Notes: generated by a model not told the origin, from the letters alone. DNA of 53,848 bases from Kangiellaceae bacterium (GCA_041591085.1 JBFHSP010000001.1:1-53848); one strand, 5' to 3'. Positions 39,648 to 49,843 are shown, numbered from the stretch's first letter. Program-made: numbers and translations.

Positions 39648-40679
39648 GTGAAAAAGCCACCGTTAAAATCTAATCAATCGGTTTTATTAGAAGGGTTTAT
39701 TGAAGATTTACTCGATGACTCAAATGCAGAAGAGCCATCTTTTAAACACTTAGCGAATGAAGCCAAAACGTTAAAGCCTCAACTCAACCAGAAAACAGAC
39801 TTAGCAGAACTCCCATCTTCAAATTTAGCTTCAAAGCCCGAAAATAGGCTTGATTCAAGTTATGAATCACCAAAACTGCATCGTCAAAGTAATCCTAATG
39901 TTTCTTATGATCTTAAAAAAGAAAATATTCCAGACGAGCGATTAGAAAAGGTTAAAAATTTACTTGCGAATATGCCACTGACAAAGCCGATCTCTGTGGT
40001 GAATGAGACTGAAGTAACTGATAAAAAACCGGAAGTTAAGTTTGAGCCTTTAGTAAAAGTTCAGCCGCAGCCTGAGCAACAAAAGGTTTTGCCACCTGAT
40101 TCTGCGCCACTAGAACTGAAACAAGTCAAAGTTGAAGACATTCAAGAGAAGGAAGAGGATGAGCTTTCAAAAGAGCTTGTAGAAGAAGATGTCTCTCGAG
40201 CTGTAATCCACGCTAAGCAAAGCTTAGGAGATAATTTTCAAACCTTGGTGTTTGATATTGGCAAACTCAGCTTAGCCGTACCACTGGTCAAATTAGGGGG
40301 TATTCACGCATACTCTGAACATGATTTAACGCCTTTGTTCGGCTCTCCCGATTGGTTTATGGGTATCCTTCCTTCTGATCACGGTAATATCTTACTGGTC
40401 GATACCGCTAAATTTATTATGCCGGATCAGTATCAAAAAATAGAAGGCTCACTCGATTATAAATACGCGATCCTGCTTGATGATACGCGATGGGCGCTAG
40501 CGTGTACCCATGTTCGAGAAGCTAAAAGTCTTTCGCTTGATGATATCCGCTGGACGCAAAAAAACTCTAAGAAAGAGTGGCTAGCAGGAATGGTCGTGGA
40601 ATATATGTGCGCACTATTAGAAGTAGACTCTTTAATAAATATGCTTTATCGCCAGCGAAACCAACAAAAATCGCGTTGA
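39648..40679 (+). CDS. ParP-like protein (disordered N-region plus C-terminal CheW-like domain)
   Basis: LAVPLVKLGGI, PLFGSPDWFMG, WLAGMVVEYMCALLEV; lies between the parA-like gene and cheW. Confidence 0.8.
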   Translation: MKKPPLKSNQSVLLEGFIEDLLDDSNAEEPSFKHLANEAKTLKPQLNQKTDLAELPSSNLASKPENRLDSSYESPKLHRQSNPNVSYDLKKENIPDERLEKVKNLLANMPLTKPISVVNETEVTDKKPEVKFEPLVKVQPQPEQQKVLPPDSAPLELKQVKVEDIQEKEEDELSKELVEEDVSRAVIHAKQSLGDNFQTLVFDIGKLSLAVPLVKLGGIHAYSEHDLTPLFGSPDWFMGILPSDHGNILLVDTAKFIMPDQYQKIEGSLDYKYAILLDDTRWALACTHVREAKSLSLDDIRWTQKNSKKEWLAGMVVEYMCALLEVDSLINMLYRQRNQQKSR

Positions 40680-40765
40680 TTTACTCACATTTTAAAAAAA
40701 CGACTATAGTAATTATTAATCCAATAAAACCCGTACTATCATTAACTTACTTTTAAACATAATTC

Positions 40766-40781
40766 TGGAACACTAATTGCT
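40766..40781 (+). promoter_or_regulatory. sigma54 promoter of cheW-DUF2802
   Basis: TGGAACACTAATTGCT, GG-N10-GC, within a 168-bp intergenic gap. Confidence 0.65.
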
Positions 40782-40847
40782 ATCATTCAAAGAGTAGTGT
40801 TTAGATGCGTTGAGTGACATAAATTTGACACTATTGGCAGGAGAGAC

Positions 40848-41351
40848 ATGGCTAACAACAGTTTTAAAAACAAAACAGCTCAGTCTGGAGAAGACGATCA
40901 AGTCTTGCAATGGGTGACATTTCGGCTAGCAAGCGAAACCTACGGTGTAAACGTAATGCAAGTACAAGAAGTATTACGATTTACCGAAATTGCGCCGGTT
41001 CCAGGAGCTCCGCATTATGTGCTTGGTATTATTAACCTGCGTGGCAACGTGGTAACGGTGATCGATACTTGTCAACGCTTTGGGCTGCCAGCCATTGATG
41101 TAACTGATTCGACTCGGATCGTTATTATTGAAGCCAATGGTCAGGTTATTGGGATTTTAGTCGATAGCGTAGCGGAAGTGGTTTATTTAAAAGCTTCGGA
41201 AATTGAGATAGCTCCCAATGTTGGAAATGATGAAAGCGCTAAATTCATTCAGGGCGTGACTCATCGAGATGGTGAACTACTGATATTAGTCGACCTTAAT
41301 AAAATGCTCGACGATGAAGAATGGCAAGAGCTCGATTATTTGGATTATTAG
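40848..41351 (+). CDS. cheW: CheW (F6 system)
   Basis: LQWVTFRL, VQEVLR, GIINLRGNVVTVID; RBS AGGAGA. Confidence 0.96.
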   Translation: MANNSFKNKTAQSGEDDQVLQWVTFRLASETYGVNVMQVQEVLRFTEIAPVPGAPHYVLGIINLRGNVVTVIDTCQRFGLPAIDVTDSTRIVIIEANGQVIGILVDSVAEVVYLKASEIEIAPNVGNDESAKFIQGVTHRDGELLILVDLNKMLDDEEWQELDYLDY

Positions 41352-41732
41352 ATGCAAGAACTAATGTTTATTAGCTTGTTAGTGGGTGGCGTTTTGTTGC
41401 TCAATTTAGCGCTATGGTTGTCGTTAAATCGCCAGTCACGAAAACTAAAGCAAATTGAACAAGACTTTAAAGCGTTGGTAAGCGAGCAGCATGCTATTTT
41501 AAGTAGCAGTTTGGGGCTGGGGCGAAAACTCCACCTATTTAAGTCGACACTTGCCCAATTAGAACAAAGTCAAGATGAAATCCGGTTACAAGATTCGACC
41601 GGTAAATCAATCGAGCAGGCGGCCAAAATGTTTAAGCAAGGCATCCCAATTATGGATATTGTAGAGTCTTGTCATATTTCTTTAGGAGAAGCTGAACTCC
41701 TACAACAAATGGTATCATCCAAAGCTCATTAA
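41352..41732 (+). CDS. DUF2802-family membrane-anchored coiled-coil protein
   Basis: N-terminal TM, C-terminal AAKMF..IVESCHISLGEAELL; usual position after cheW. Confidence 0.8.
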   Translation: MQELMFISLLVGGVLLLNLALWLSLNRQSRKLKQIEQDFKALVSEQHAILSSSLGLGRKLHLFKSTLAQLEQSQDEIRLQDSTGKSIEQAAKMFKQGIPIMDIVESCHISLGEAELLQQMVSSKAH

Positions 41733-41815
41733 AAAATCTCATACAATATAGTTCTTTTCATTAACTACTCTTATTTTGTAAGATCTCGCGCAATTGAATT
41801 GTTTCGAGAAAGTTT

Positions 41816-42844
41816 ATGACTCATAAAAAACAGTATAACGTTGCTATTGTTGGCGCTACAGGCGCCGTTGGCGAAGTTCTTCGAGAGATTTTAGAAGAGC
41901 GAAAGTTTCCAATAGCAAACCTTTACCTTTTAGCCAGTGAACGTTCAGCAGGTGAAACTAGAAGTTTTAATGGTAAAAACATTTTGGTAGAAAATTTAGC
42001 AGAGTTTGACTTTTCTAAAGTCCACATAGGTTTGTTTTCTGCTGGTGGCGCTGTAAGTCGTGAATACGCCCCAAAAGCTGCCGCAAAAGGTTGTATTGTT
42101 ATCGATAACACCTCAGAGTTTAGATACCAAGATGACATTCCTCTGGTCGTTCCAGAGGTCAATCCTGAAGCGATAGCTGATTATCCTAATCATAACATTA
42201 TCGCTAATCCAAACTGCTCTACCATTCAAATGTTAGTCGCACTTAAGCCTATTTACGATGCTGTGGGTATTTCAAGGATCAATGTTTGTACCTACCAAGC
42301 CGTGTCGGGCTCAGGAAAAGAAGCCATTGATGAGTTAGCTGGGCAAACGGCTGCTTTGCTAAATGGCATAGAGCCAAAAGTAGAATTTTATCCATGGCAG
42401 ATAGCTTTTAATGTTTTACCACAAATCGATGCATTTCAAGAAAATGGTTACACCAAAGAAGAAATGAAAATGGTTTGGGAAACTCAGAAAATCATGGGGG
42501 ATAAAAACATACTAGTTAATCCAACAGCAGTTCGGGTGCCAGTCTTTTACGGCCATTCTGAAGCGGTTCATCTTGAAACTCGGAAGCCAATAGACGTTTC
42601 TAAAGTAAAAGCAGTCTTACAAAATGCGCCTGGAGTGACCCTTCTAGATGATGTTGCAAATAGTCAATACGCTATGCCGACAACGCATGCAGCGGGTAAA
42701 GATGATGTTTGGGTCAGTCGAATTAGAAAAGATATCAGTCATGACTTAGGACTCAACTTGTGGGTGGTTGCTGATAATGTTCGTAAGGGTGCAGCTTTAA
42801 ATAGTGTCCAAATTGCCGAGCAATTGATAGAAAAGTATATCTAA
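41816..42844 (+). CDS. asd: Aspartate-semialdehyde dehydrogenase (Asd/Usg family)
   Basis: GATGAVG, NPNCSTIQ, YQAVSGSG, RVPVFYGHSE, DNVRKGAA. Confidence 0.9.
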   Translation: MTHKKQYNVAIVGATGAVGEVLREILEERKFPIANLYLLASERSAGETRSFNGKNILVENLAEFDFSKVHIGLFSAGGAVSREYAPKAAAKGCIVIDNTSEFRYQDDIPLVVPEVNPEAIADYPNHNIIANPNCSTIQMLVALKPIYDAVGISRINVCTYQAVSGSGKEAIDELAGQTAALLNGIEPKVEFYPWQIAFNVLPQIDAFQENGYTKEEMKMVWETQKIMGDKNILVNPTAVRVPVFYGHSEAVHLETRKPIDVSKVKAVLQNAPGVTLLDDVANSQYAMPTTHAAGKDDVWVSRIRKDISHDLGLNLWVVADNVRKGAALNSVQIAEQLIEKYI

Positions 42845-43124
42845 CATATTGATAAGATTAAGTAAAATAGGAATTCTTCAAGTAATTGCTTAGGACTTTA
42901 AGCTAACTTGTTGTTTTATTTAGGTCGTAACTGAGGAACTTTTTTTATCTAAATTTGCGACCTTTTTCAAAATCCTGATGTGAATCTTAAAAAATATTTC
43001 CTAAAAATCTAATGTATTTGCTATAGTTACCTCAAATTTGTAAAGAATAATCTTAAGTTTATTCTGTAACTCGAGTATACAAAGTTCGGCTGCTGATCCC
43101 AGTCGCAATAAAGGGAACTTTTTT

Positions 43125-45596
43125 ATGGTTCGTAAATTCTACTTCACTCTCGCAGTGTTCATTTTGACCTTATCATTTGGCGTTGGGGCGCTTGGTCTTG
43201 GTGAAATTAAGCTGCAGTCAGGACTAAACCAGCCTCTTAAGGCCCAAATTGAACTGTTTTCTCCAGAGGGGCTTTCTGAATATGAAGTAGCTGCATCGTT
43301 GGCAAGCATGGCTGAGTTTGAAAAAGCAGGGATAGACTACTTTACCTTTTTGAAGAGCCTTAAATTTAAAACCGTTGCCAAAGAAGGCGAACGATTAATT
43401 GTTGAAGTCACCACTAGACAACCTGTTAAAGAGCCGTTTTTAAACTTTTTGGTTGAACTAAACTGGCCAAAAGGTCGCATGCTGCGCGAATACACCTTAT
43501 TGTTAGACCCTCCTGTGTTTAGCCAGTCTACGGCAAGTGTTGTCAGCAACGCGTCTGCATCCCCTTCAAAAACAGTTCAGAAGACAACTAAGACTCAAAA
43601 ATCTGCTACGAAGCCGGCGCAGCCAAGATTCGAAGGACGAACCTTTGGGCCCGTTGGTGAAACCGATACTCTTTGGAGTATAGCCACACGAGTTAGACCG
43701 GCTGATGCCACCATTCATCAAACTTTAGTCGCGTTGTTCAAAGCAAATCCTGATGCGTTTATGAATAATGATATCAATATGCTGAAGAGAGGCGCGCAAT
43801 TAGCTATTCCTGACGCAGAATCAATTGCTAAAACGCCACACAGAGCAGCGTTACAAGATATGGTGGCGAGAACTCGTTCCGGTTCACGCGAATCAGTTTT
43901 AGATACATCAAGCCGTTCTTCTAACGCAAATGAAGTGACTCGTGGTCAAGATCGATTGCGCTTAAGTGCTCCAAAAGGTGGGGATAATGGTAATAATGCT
44001 TCATCGAGCGGCAATGCGCAGGTAGTTAATGAATTAAAACAGCAGCTTTCTGAGCAAAAAGAAGCGACTGCAACATTAGCATCAGAAAATGAAGAGCTTA
44101 GAAAACAACTGCAATTAGCTCTAGAGAAAATTGAACAAAATCAAACCGGGGTGAAACTTGAGTCGGAAACAGCGGCGGCGTTGGCCAACAGAGAGTCAGT
44201 AAATGAAAAGGCGGAAGCGATAGCTGAAGCCGGCCAAGTGGATGAGGTTTCAGAAGATGCGAGTACGCCTCTGTCCTCTGCTCAAAACACCAGTGAAATA
44301 GGCGCAATCCAGCCTGAAACTAACGCTAGTCAAAATGCATCCGAAACGTCTAGTCAAGCTGCAAACACTCCATCTACTTCAAGCTCAGTTGTCACCGATA
44401 ATAAAAAGCCAACTGTTACAACCACCACTTTACCTCCACCAGAAAAAGGATTTTTTGATGAGCCATTAATGCTTTATGGGTCTATTGGCTTGTTAGTGCT
44501 GTTACTCGGCGCCTTGGGTGTATTCTGGAAAATGCGTCAACGCATGTCAGAAGATGAATTTCAAGACGACTTAGTTGTGTCTGCTCAAGGTGGAGCCTTT
44601 GATACTGAAGTTGGGTTAGATCTTCCAAACGTGGGAGATGAGTTACTCGATGAGCTCGAGTCTGAAACGATTTTTGAAGAAGATAGCACAGAGGCTGATC
44701 CTCTAGGCGAAGCTGATATTTATATTGCTTACGGAAAATACGATCAGGCTGAAAGTCTTTTAGAAAAAGCGATTAATGAAGATCCAGAGCGCAATGACCT
44801 TAAAGTGAAACTGCTTGAATGTTTTGCTGAACAAAGTGACTCTGCTCGATTTGAGGCCAAGCTCAGCGATTACTTAGAACTGCCTAATTTTGCCATGGAC
44901 GCTGAGTCACAAGCTCAAGTTAATGACTTAAGAGACAGCGCGTTTCCATCAAGCCAAGGTGTAGAAGATGACTTTGAGTTACCATCCACCGAAGGTATTT
45001 TCGGCGATTCAAACGAAGGTCTAGACAATGATGATTTTTCATTAGATGACTTAGATACTGAAAGCGACGTCAAATTAGATGCTTCAGTTCCTGATTTTGA
45101 GGAGACGCGAGAATTTGATACTGACGATTTAGATTTTGACTTAGATGAAACCGACACCGGTGCAAAAGAAGCAAACGAAGATGACGCATTTTCGTTAGAT
45201 GATGATTTGTTAACCCTAGAAGATGATAACGATTTTGATATTGCTTCTGAGTCAACTGATGATGACCGCTCAATAGATAAGTTTAGTTTAGATGAAAGCG
45301 ATTTATCGGCTCTAGAAGATGATATTGTCGGTACCACTGAAGATACATTGGACATCAATTTAGATGACGACATGGATTTAGACTTTACCGAGGACTTTGA
45401 TTTAGAAGCAGATGAATTAGGATCGGATGAAGATATTATGGATGGTGCCGATGAAGCTTCTACAAAGCTTGATTTAGCTCGTGCTTATATAGACATGGGC
45501 GATTCTGACGGTGCTAAAGAGATTCTCAATGAAGTTATCGAAGAGGGCGGAGAAGCTCATAAAAACGAAGCATTAAGTTTGCTTGAAAAGCTCTAA
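43125..45596 (+). CDS. fimV: Polar landmark protein FimV/HubP
   Basis: LGLGEI..SGLNQPL, REYTLLLDPP, LysM DTLWSIA, TM, TPR EADIYIAYG, acidic region, KLDLARAYIDMGD. Confidence 0.93.
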   Translation: MVRKFYFTLAVFILTLSFGVGALGLGEIKLQSGLNQPLKAQIELFSPEGLSEYEVAASLASMAEFEKAGIDYFTFLKSLKFKTVAKEGERLIVEVTTRQPVKEPFLNFLVELNWPKGRMLREYTLLLDPPVFSQSTASVVSNASASPSKTVQKTTKTQKSATKPAQPRFEGRTFGPVGETDTLWSIATRVRPADATIHQTLVALFKANPDAFMNNDINMLKRGAQLAIPDAESIAKTPHRAALQDMVARTRSGSRESVLDTSSRSSNANEVTRGQDRLRLSAPKGGDNGNNASSSGNAQVVNELKQQLSEQKEATATLASENEELRKQLQLALEKIEQNQTGVKLESETAAALANRESVNEKAEAIAEAGQVDEVSEDASTPLSSAQNTSEIGAIQPETNASQNASETSSQAANTPSTSSSVVTDNKKPTVTTTTLPPPEKGFFDEPLMLYGSIGLLVLLLGALGVFWKMRQRMSEDEFQDDLVVSAQGGAFDTEVGLDLPNVGDELLDELESETIFEEDSTEADPLGEADIYIAYGKYDQAESLLEKAINEDPERNDLKVKLLECFAEQSDSARFEAKLSDYLELPNFAMDAESQAQVNDLRDSAFPSSQGVEDDFELPSTEGIFGDSNEGLDNDDFSLDDLDTESDVKLDASVPDFEETREFDTDDLDFDLDETDTGAKEANEDDAFSLDDDLLTLEDDNDFDIASESTDDDRSIDKFSLDESDLSALEDDIVGTTEDTLDINLDDDMDLDFTEDFDLEADELGSDEDIMDGADEASTKLDLARAYIDMGDSDGAKEILNEVIEEGGEAHKNEALSLLEKL

Positions 45597-45613
45597 GCTT
45601 CGTTAGTTAAAAC

Positions 45614-46396
45614 ATGGTTATAGCCCTTGGTGTCGAGTACCTAGGCTGCCGATACTCTGGTTGGCAAAGGCAAACTCACTCTCCTTCTGTACAAGCCTGC
45701 GTTGAGCAGGCTTTGTCACAAGTAGCCGACTCTCCAATAGAAGTGTTTTGTTCTGGTAGAACCGATGCCGGCGTGCATGCCATCTCACAGGTGATTCATT
45801 TTGCGACTGAAGTGGTGAGACCCGACAAAGCTTGGGTGTTGGGAGGTAATGCTCATTTGCCAGTTGATATCAGCATCTTATGGGCAAAGTCAATGCCAGC
45901 AGACTTCCATGCTCGTTATTCAGCCAACTCACGACGATATCGATATGTGATTGTGAACAGGCGAGCAAAACCTGCCATTCTCTCTGGGTTGGCTACTTGG
46001 ATAAGAGATGAGCTAGATGAAAAAAGGATGCACGAAGCCGCTCAAAGCTTAATAGGGGAACAAGACTTCTCTAGCTTTCGAGCGTCGAGTTGCCAAGCTA
46101 GTACGCCGTTTAGAAATGTGTTTCAAGTGAATGTTTCTAGAAGCGGAGAGTTTGTAATTATTGATATAACTGCGAATGCGTTTTTACATCATATGGTTAG
46201 AAACATCGCTGGTTCATTAATTGAAGTCGGTCGAGGAAATTACGAGACTGGGCATATTACCGTTTTATTAGGTCTTAAAAATCGAAATGAAGCGGCCCCA
46301 ACCGCAGCGCCTGACGGATTATATTTTTATCAAGCAAACTATCCGGTTAAATATCAAATCCCACAAAGAGAGTCGACCCTCTGGTTGTTCGACTGA
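45614..46396 (+). CDS. truA: tRNA pseudouridine(38-40) synthase
   Basis: GWQRQ, GRTDAGVHA, NAFLHHMVRNI. Confidence 0.97.
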   Translation: MVIALGVEYLGCRYSGWQRQTHSPSVQACVEQALSQVADSPIEVFCSGRTDAGVHAISQVIHFATEVVRPDKAWVLGGNAHLPVDISILWAKSMPADFHARYSANSRRYRYVIVNRRAKPAILSGLATWIRDELDEKRMHEAAQSLIGEQDFSSFRASSCQASTPFRNVFQVNVSRSGEFVIIDITANAFLHHMVRNIAGSLIEVGRGNYETGHITVLLGLKNRNEAAPTAAPDGLYFYQANYPVKYQIPQRESTLWLFD

Positions 46397-46441
46397 TACG
46401 ACCAGATCGGTGTAAAAAGCATTATGTTCCCTCGATGCTCG

Positions 46442-46456
46442 TGTTAAAATCGCGGC
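46442..46456 (+). promoter_or_regulatory. sigma70 extended -10 with GC-rich discriminator (accD)
   Basis: TGTTAAAAT followed by CGCGGC. Confidence 0.55.
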
Positions 46457-46490
46457 ACTTTGTTGTGTTAAGACTGTTCAAGGTTAATTT

Positions 46491-47369
46491 ATGAGTTGGT
46501 TGGAAAGGTTACTACCTAAAAGAAATACTTCGGTTGATAGCCGTAAAAAGTCGATTCCAGAAGGAGTTTGGTCAAAATGTACTCAGTGTGAATCGGTATT
46601 GTATCGTTCTGAACTGGAGAGAAACTTAGAGGTTTGTCCTAAATGTGGCAAACATTTACGTATTTCAGCACGTAAACGCTTAGAAAAATTTCTTGATCAA
46701 AATTCTACCAATGAAATTGCTGCGGATTTAAAGCCAGTAGATGCACTTAAGTTTAAAGACTCTAAAAAATATAAAGATCGTATTTCATCGGCTCAAAAAC
46801 TCACGGGCGAAAACGATGCATTAATTGTTATGTCGGGCGAGTTATTTGAGATGCCAATTGTTTGTGCTGCATTCGAATTCAACTTTATGGGTGGATCAAT
46901 GGCATCGGTTGTGGGCGAAAAGTTTGTGAGAGCCGCTAATTATGCGCTTGAGCACAATTGTCCTTTTGTATGCTTTTCCACCTCTGGAGGTGCCAGAATG
47001 CAAGAGGCATTGTTATCTCTTTTTCAAATGGCAAAAACCAGTGCCGCATTGGCTCGAATGTCAGAAAAGGGGATTCCCTTTGTTTCGGTGTTAACCGATC
47101 CAACCATGGGGGGCGTATCAGCAAGCTTGGCAATGTTAGGTGATATTAATATTGGGGAGCCAAATGCGCTGATTGGATTTGCGGGTCCTAGAGTTATTGA
47201 GCAAACAGTACGTGAGAAATTACCAGAAGGATTTCAGCGCAGTGAATTCTTATTAGAAAAAGGAGCTATCGATATGATTGTCGATAGACGTGAAATGCGC
47301 ACTAAAATTGCGAGCTTATTAGCGAAACTTACTCACAAAAAAGAGCCTCTACAAGCTACTGAAGAGTAA
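46491..47369 (+). CDS. accD: Acetyl-CoA carboxylase carboxyltransferase beta subunit
   Basis: CxxC..CxxC zinc finger, [24 protein letters not shown]. Confidence 0.97.
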   Translation: MSWLERLLPKRNTSVDSRKKSIPEGVWSKCTQCESVLYRSELERNLEVCPKCGKHLRISARKRLEKFLDQNSTNEIAADLKPVDALKFKDSKKYKDRISSAQKLTGENDALIVMSGELFEMPIVCAAFEFNFMGGSMASVVGEKFVRAANYALEHNCPFVCFSTSGGARMQEALLSLFQMAKTSAALARMSEKGIPFVSVLTDPTMGGVSASLAMLGDINIGEPNALIGFAGPRVIEQTVREKLPEGFQRSEFLLEKGAIDMIVDRREMRTKIASLLAKLTHKKEPLQATEE

Positions 47370-47375
47370 GTTTAG

Positions 47376-48593
47376 TTGAAATCATTTAATGAGTGGCTTG
47401 AGTTTATTGAGTCACTTCATCCTTCCGAAATAGAGCTGGGTTTAACTCGAGTTAAATCGGTTGCTGAGGCGTTATCATTAACACAATTTGATTGTCCCGT
47501 CATAACTGTGACGGGTACCAATGGTAAAGGCTCGGTCGTAGCGGCATTGACTGCATTAGGTAAAAGCAAAGAAATAAAGGTGGGAAGTTATACTTCGCCC
47601 CATGTCATTGATTTTCGAGAACGATTTACCATCAATGACCGTGCATTTCCCGAAATAGAGTGGGTTCAGGCATTTGAAGTGGTTGATAAGGCCAGAGGAT
47701 TAACCTCTTTGACTTATTTTGAGTTTACGACTCTTGCAGCCTTATTATTAGCAAAAAAGTCTGAATTAGATTTGTTGGTTTTGGAAGTGGGCTTAGGTGG
47801 TCGGTTAGATGCAGTTAACGTAGTAGAAAATCGTATTTCGGTTGTTACTTCAATCGGATTAGATCACGAAGATTGGTTAGGCGACACTCTCGAAAAAATT
47901 GCGTTTGAAAAGTCTGGAATTATTCGCAAGGACTCTACGGTAATAGCTGGAAGTCAGGAAGTTGCAGATCTTATTTCTACTTTCGTTCCGCGAACAACAA
48001 AATTAGTTGTTGCTAATGCGATAACTAAAAACCAACCGAGTGTTATAAAAATTAGAGAGCAGTTTGCCGATATTATTTTTCCTGATAGCTTTGATTGCGC
48101 TCTCACTGCATTGAATTTATTAGGTTGGTTAGAAAAGTTTAACCCCGAGACGATATTGAGCGCTTTGTCTGATGTACAACTGATAGGACGATGGCATCGA
48201 TTACGCCAAGATCAAAATATTTGGCTTGATGTTGCTCATAATCCACAAGCGGTTGCTAACCTAAAGCACAAAATGGATAAATATCAACACATTAAGAACT
48301 GGGTCGCTATTTGCGGTATGTTAAAAGATAAGAAATCGTTAGCGGCCTTAAATAATGTAAAAGATAGTTTCAATCAATGGATCATTGTCAGTACTCAAGG
48401 AAGTCGGGGCCTGGCAAACAGTACCCTTGCGAACAAACTGATTGAAAACAATTTTAAGCATGTGAGTGTGGCAAAGTCGGTTAAAAGTGCTGTTCTTAAG
48501 GTCGGTAATCCAGATCCGCATTTAGGAATTGTCATATTTGGCTCCTTTTTGGTAGTCTCAGAAGCAATTACTTCTTTATCAAGCGAATCTTAA
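47376..48593 (+). CDS. folC: Folylpolyglutamate/dihydrofolate synthase
   Basis: GTNGKGS, YTSPH, EVGLGGRLDAVN, DVAHNP; TTG start. Confidence 0.95.
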   Translation: MKSFNEWLEFIESLHPSEIELGLTRVKSVAEALSLTQFDCPVITVTGTNGKGSVVAALTALGKSKEIKVGSYTSPHVIDFRERFTINDRAFPEIEWVQAFEVVDKARGLTSLTYFEFTTLAALLLAKKSELDLLVLEVGLGGRLDAVNVVENRISVVTSIGLDHEDWLGDTLEKIAFEKSGIIRKDSTVIAGSQEVADLISTFVPRTTKLVVANAITKNQPSVIKIREQFADIIFPDSFDCALTALNLLGWLEKFNPETILSALSDVQLIGRWHRLRQDQNIWLDVAHNPQAVANLKHKMDKYQHIKNWVAICGMLKDKKSLAALNNVKDSFNQWIIVSTQGSRGLANSTLANKLIENNFKHVSVAKSVKSAVLKVGNPDPHLGIVIFGSFLVVSEAITSLSSES

Positions 48594-48597
48594 CCCA

Positions 48598-49233
48598 ATG
48601 GTTATAGAACAAACCATAAAACAACGACTAATAGGCGCAGTAGTGCTTGTCGCTTTAGCGGTAATTTTTTTGCCTGGTATTTTAGGTCAAAAAAAGACCA
48701 ATGACTCTGTATTTGAATCAAAAATTCCGCCACGTGCCGTTCAATCGAATGAACTTAAAAAAGAGTCAGAAAAACAAGTAAAAATCACTGATAAAACAGA
48801 CAATACTATAGTCGCATCTGCAGATGATAAAAAAACACCGGACAAAGTAGCAGACGAGAGCGCTCAAAATTCACATTTGGATAATAGTCCTACTGCGATT
48901 GCGGATGTCAGCTCCAGTGATTCTAAAGTGCTGGAAACTTCGAATGTAAAACAAAACAATACCCCTATCGATACGATGATGTTCGAGTCATGGATTATTC
49001 AATTAGGTAGCTTTTCTTCAACGAATAACGCTAAAGTTTTGGTAGATGATCTTATCGGAAAATCGTATAAAGCATTCTTACGTCCGGTAACGCTCGATAA
49101 TCAAAAAGTGATGTTTCGAGTTTTTGTTGGACCTTTTTTTGACAAGCCGACCGCTGAACAAACAGCGCAAAAGTTGGCCAAAGAATTTAGCCTTAATCCA
49201 ATCGTTTCAGTTTGGGATGCCTCTAAAGAATAA
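48598..49233 (+). CDS. dedD: SPOR-domain cell division protein DedD
   Basis: QRLIGAVVLVALAVIFLP, WIIQLGSF, RVFVGP; lies between folC and cvpA. Confidence 0.88.
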   Translation: MVIEQTIKQRLIGAVVLVALAVIFLPGILGQKKTNDSVFESKIPPRAVQSNELKKESEKQVKITDKTDNTIVASADDKKTPDKVADESAQNSHLDNSPTAIADVSSSDSKVLETSNVKQNNTPIDTMMFESWIIQLGSFSSTNNAKVLVDDLIGKSYKAFLRPVTLDNQKVMFRVFVGPFFDKPTAEQTAQKLAKEFSLNPIVSVWDASKE

Positions 49234-49267
49234 TCACGTGCTAAATCTATGCGCATCGGTGCTCCTC

Positions 49268-49282
49268 TGTTAAAATGCCGGC
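49268..49282 (+). promoter_or_regulatory. sigma70 extended -10 with GC-rich discriminator (cvpA-purF)
   Basis: TGTTAAAAT followed by GCCGGC. Confidence 0.55.
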
Positions 49283-49310
49283 CTAGCTAACGCAGAGAGA
49301 GAAAACTCTT

Positions 49311-49820
49311 GTGATTTGGATCGATTGGGCGATTTTAATTCTAATTACTTTATCCGCTTTAATTAGCCTAATGCGTGGATTTATCCGCGAAGCGCTATCG
49401 CTTGCGGGCTGGATCTTAGCTTTTTTCGTCGCCAAGTGGTTTTATCTGGACTTGGCTGACTTGCTTCAAAATCAAATTGAGTCCCCAAGCCTTAGAATGG
49501 GCGTATCTTGGGGAGCCTTGTTTTTTGCAACGCTTACAGTTTCTGGACTGGTGAATTATCTGATCAGCCAGTTTATAGAAAGGGCTGGGCTGAGCGGCAT
49601 GGACAGAATGATGGGCATGGCGTTTGGCGGGATCCGGGGCGTACTTATAACGTCGGTCATTATTATTTCATTAAAAGTGTTCACTCCCGTTGAAAATGAT
49701 CCTTGGTGGAAAGAGTCGGCGATGATTCCACACTTTGAAGTTTTAGGTGGTTGGTTCTACGATCATTTAAAGCAAAACACTCCAGAAGTAACACCATCTT
49801 TAAACCTCGACATTAATTAA
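49311..49820 (+). CDS. cvpA: CvpA family membrane protein
   Basis: SLMRGFIREALSL, DRMMGMAFG; upstream of purF. Confidence 0.93.
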   Translation: MIWIDWAILILITLSALISLMRGFIREALSLAGWILAFFVAKWFYLDLADLLQNQIESPSLRMGVSWGALFFATLTVSGLVNYLISQFIERAGLSGMDRMMGMAFGGIRGVLITSVIIISLKVFTPVENDPWWKESAMIPHFEVLGGWFYDHLKQNTPEVTPSLNLDIN

Positions 49821-49843
49821 TTCATTTCCATTAAGGCAACATT

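Noticed and set aside
32638-41351. No cheR or cheV in the F6 cluster
   Set aside because: These normally lie with the flg genes outside this locus.
42922-42968. Inverted repeat AGGTCGTAA..TTGCGACCT followed by a T run after asd
   Set aside because: The 24-nt loop is too large for a confident intrinsic terminator call.
44915-45373. 152-aa antisense Ser-rich ORF
   Set aside because: Shadow of the Asp/Glu codons in the fimV acidic region; the other short antisense or nested ORFs are rejected likewise.
46397-46490. No trpF between truA and accD
   Set aside because: Also absent at this position in Vibrio-type loci; no remnant visible.
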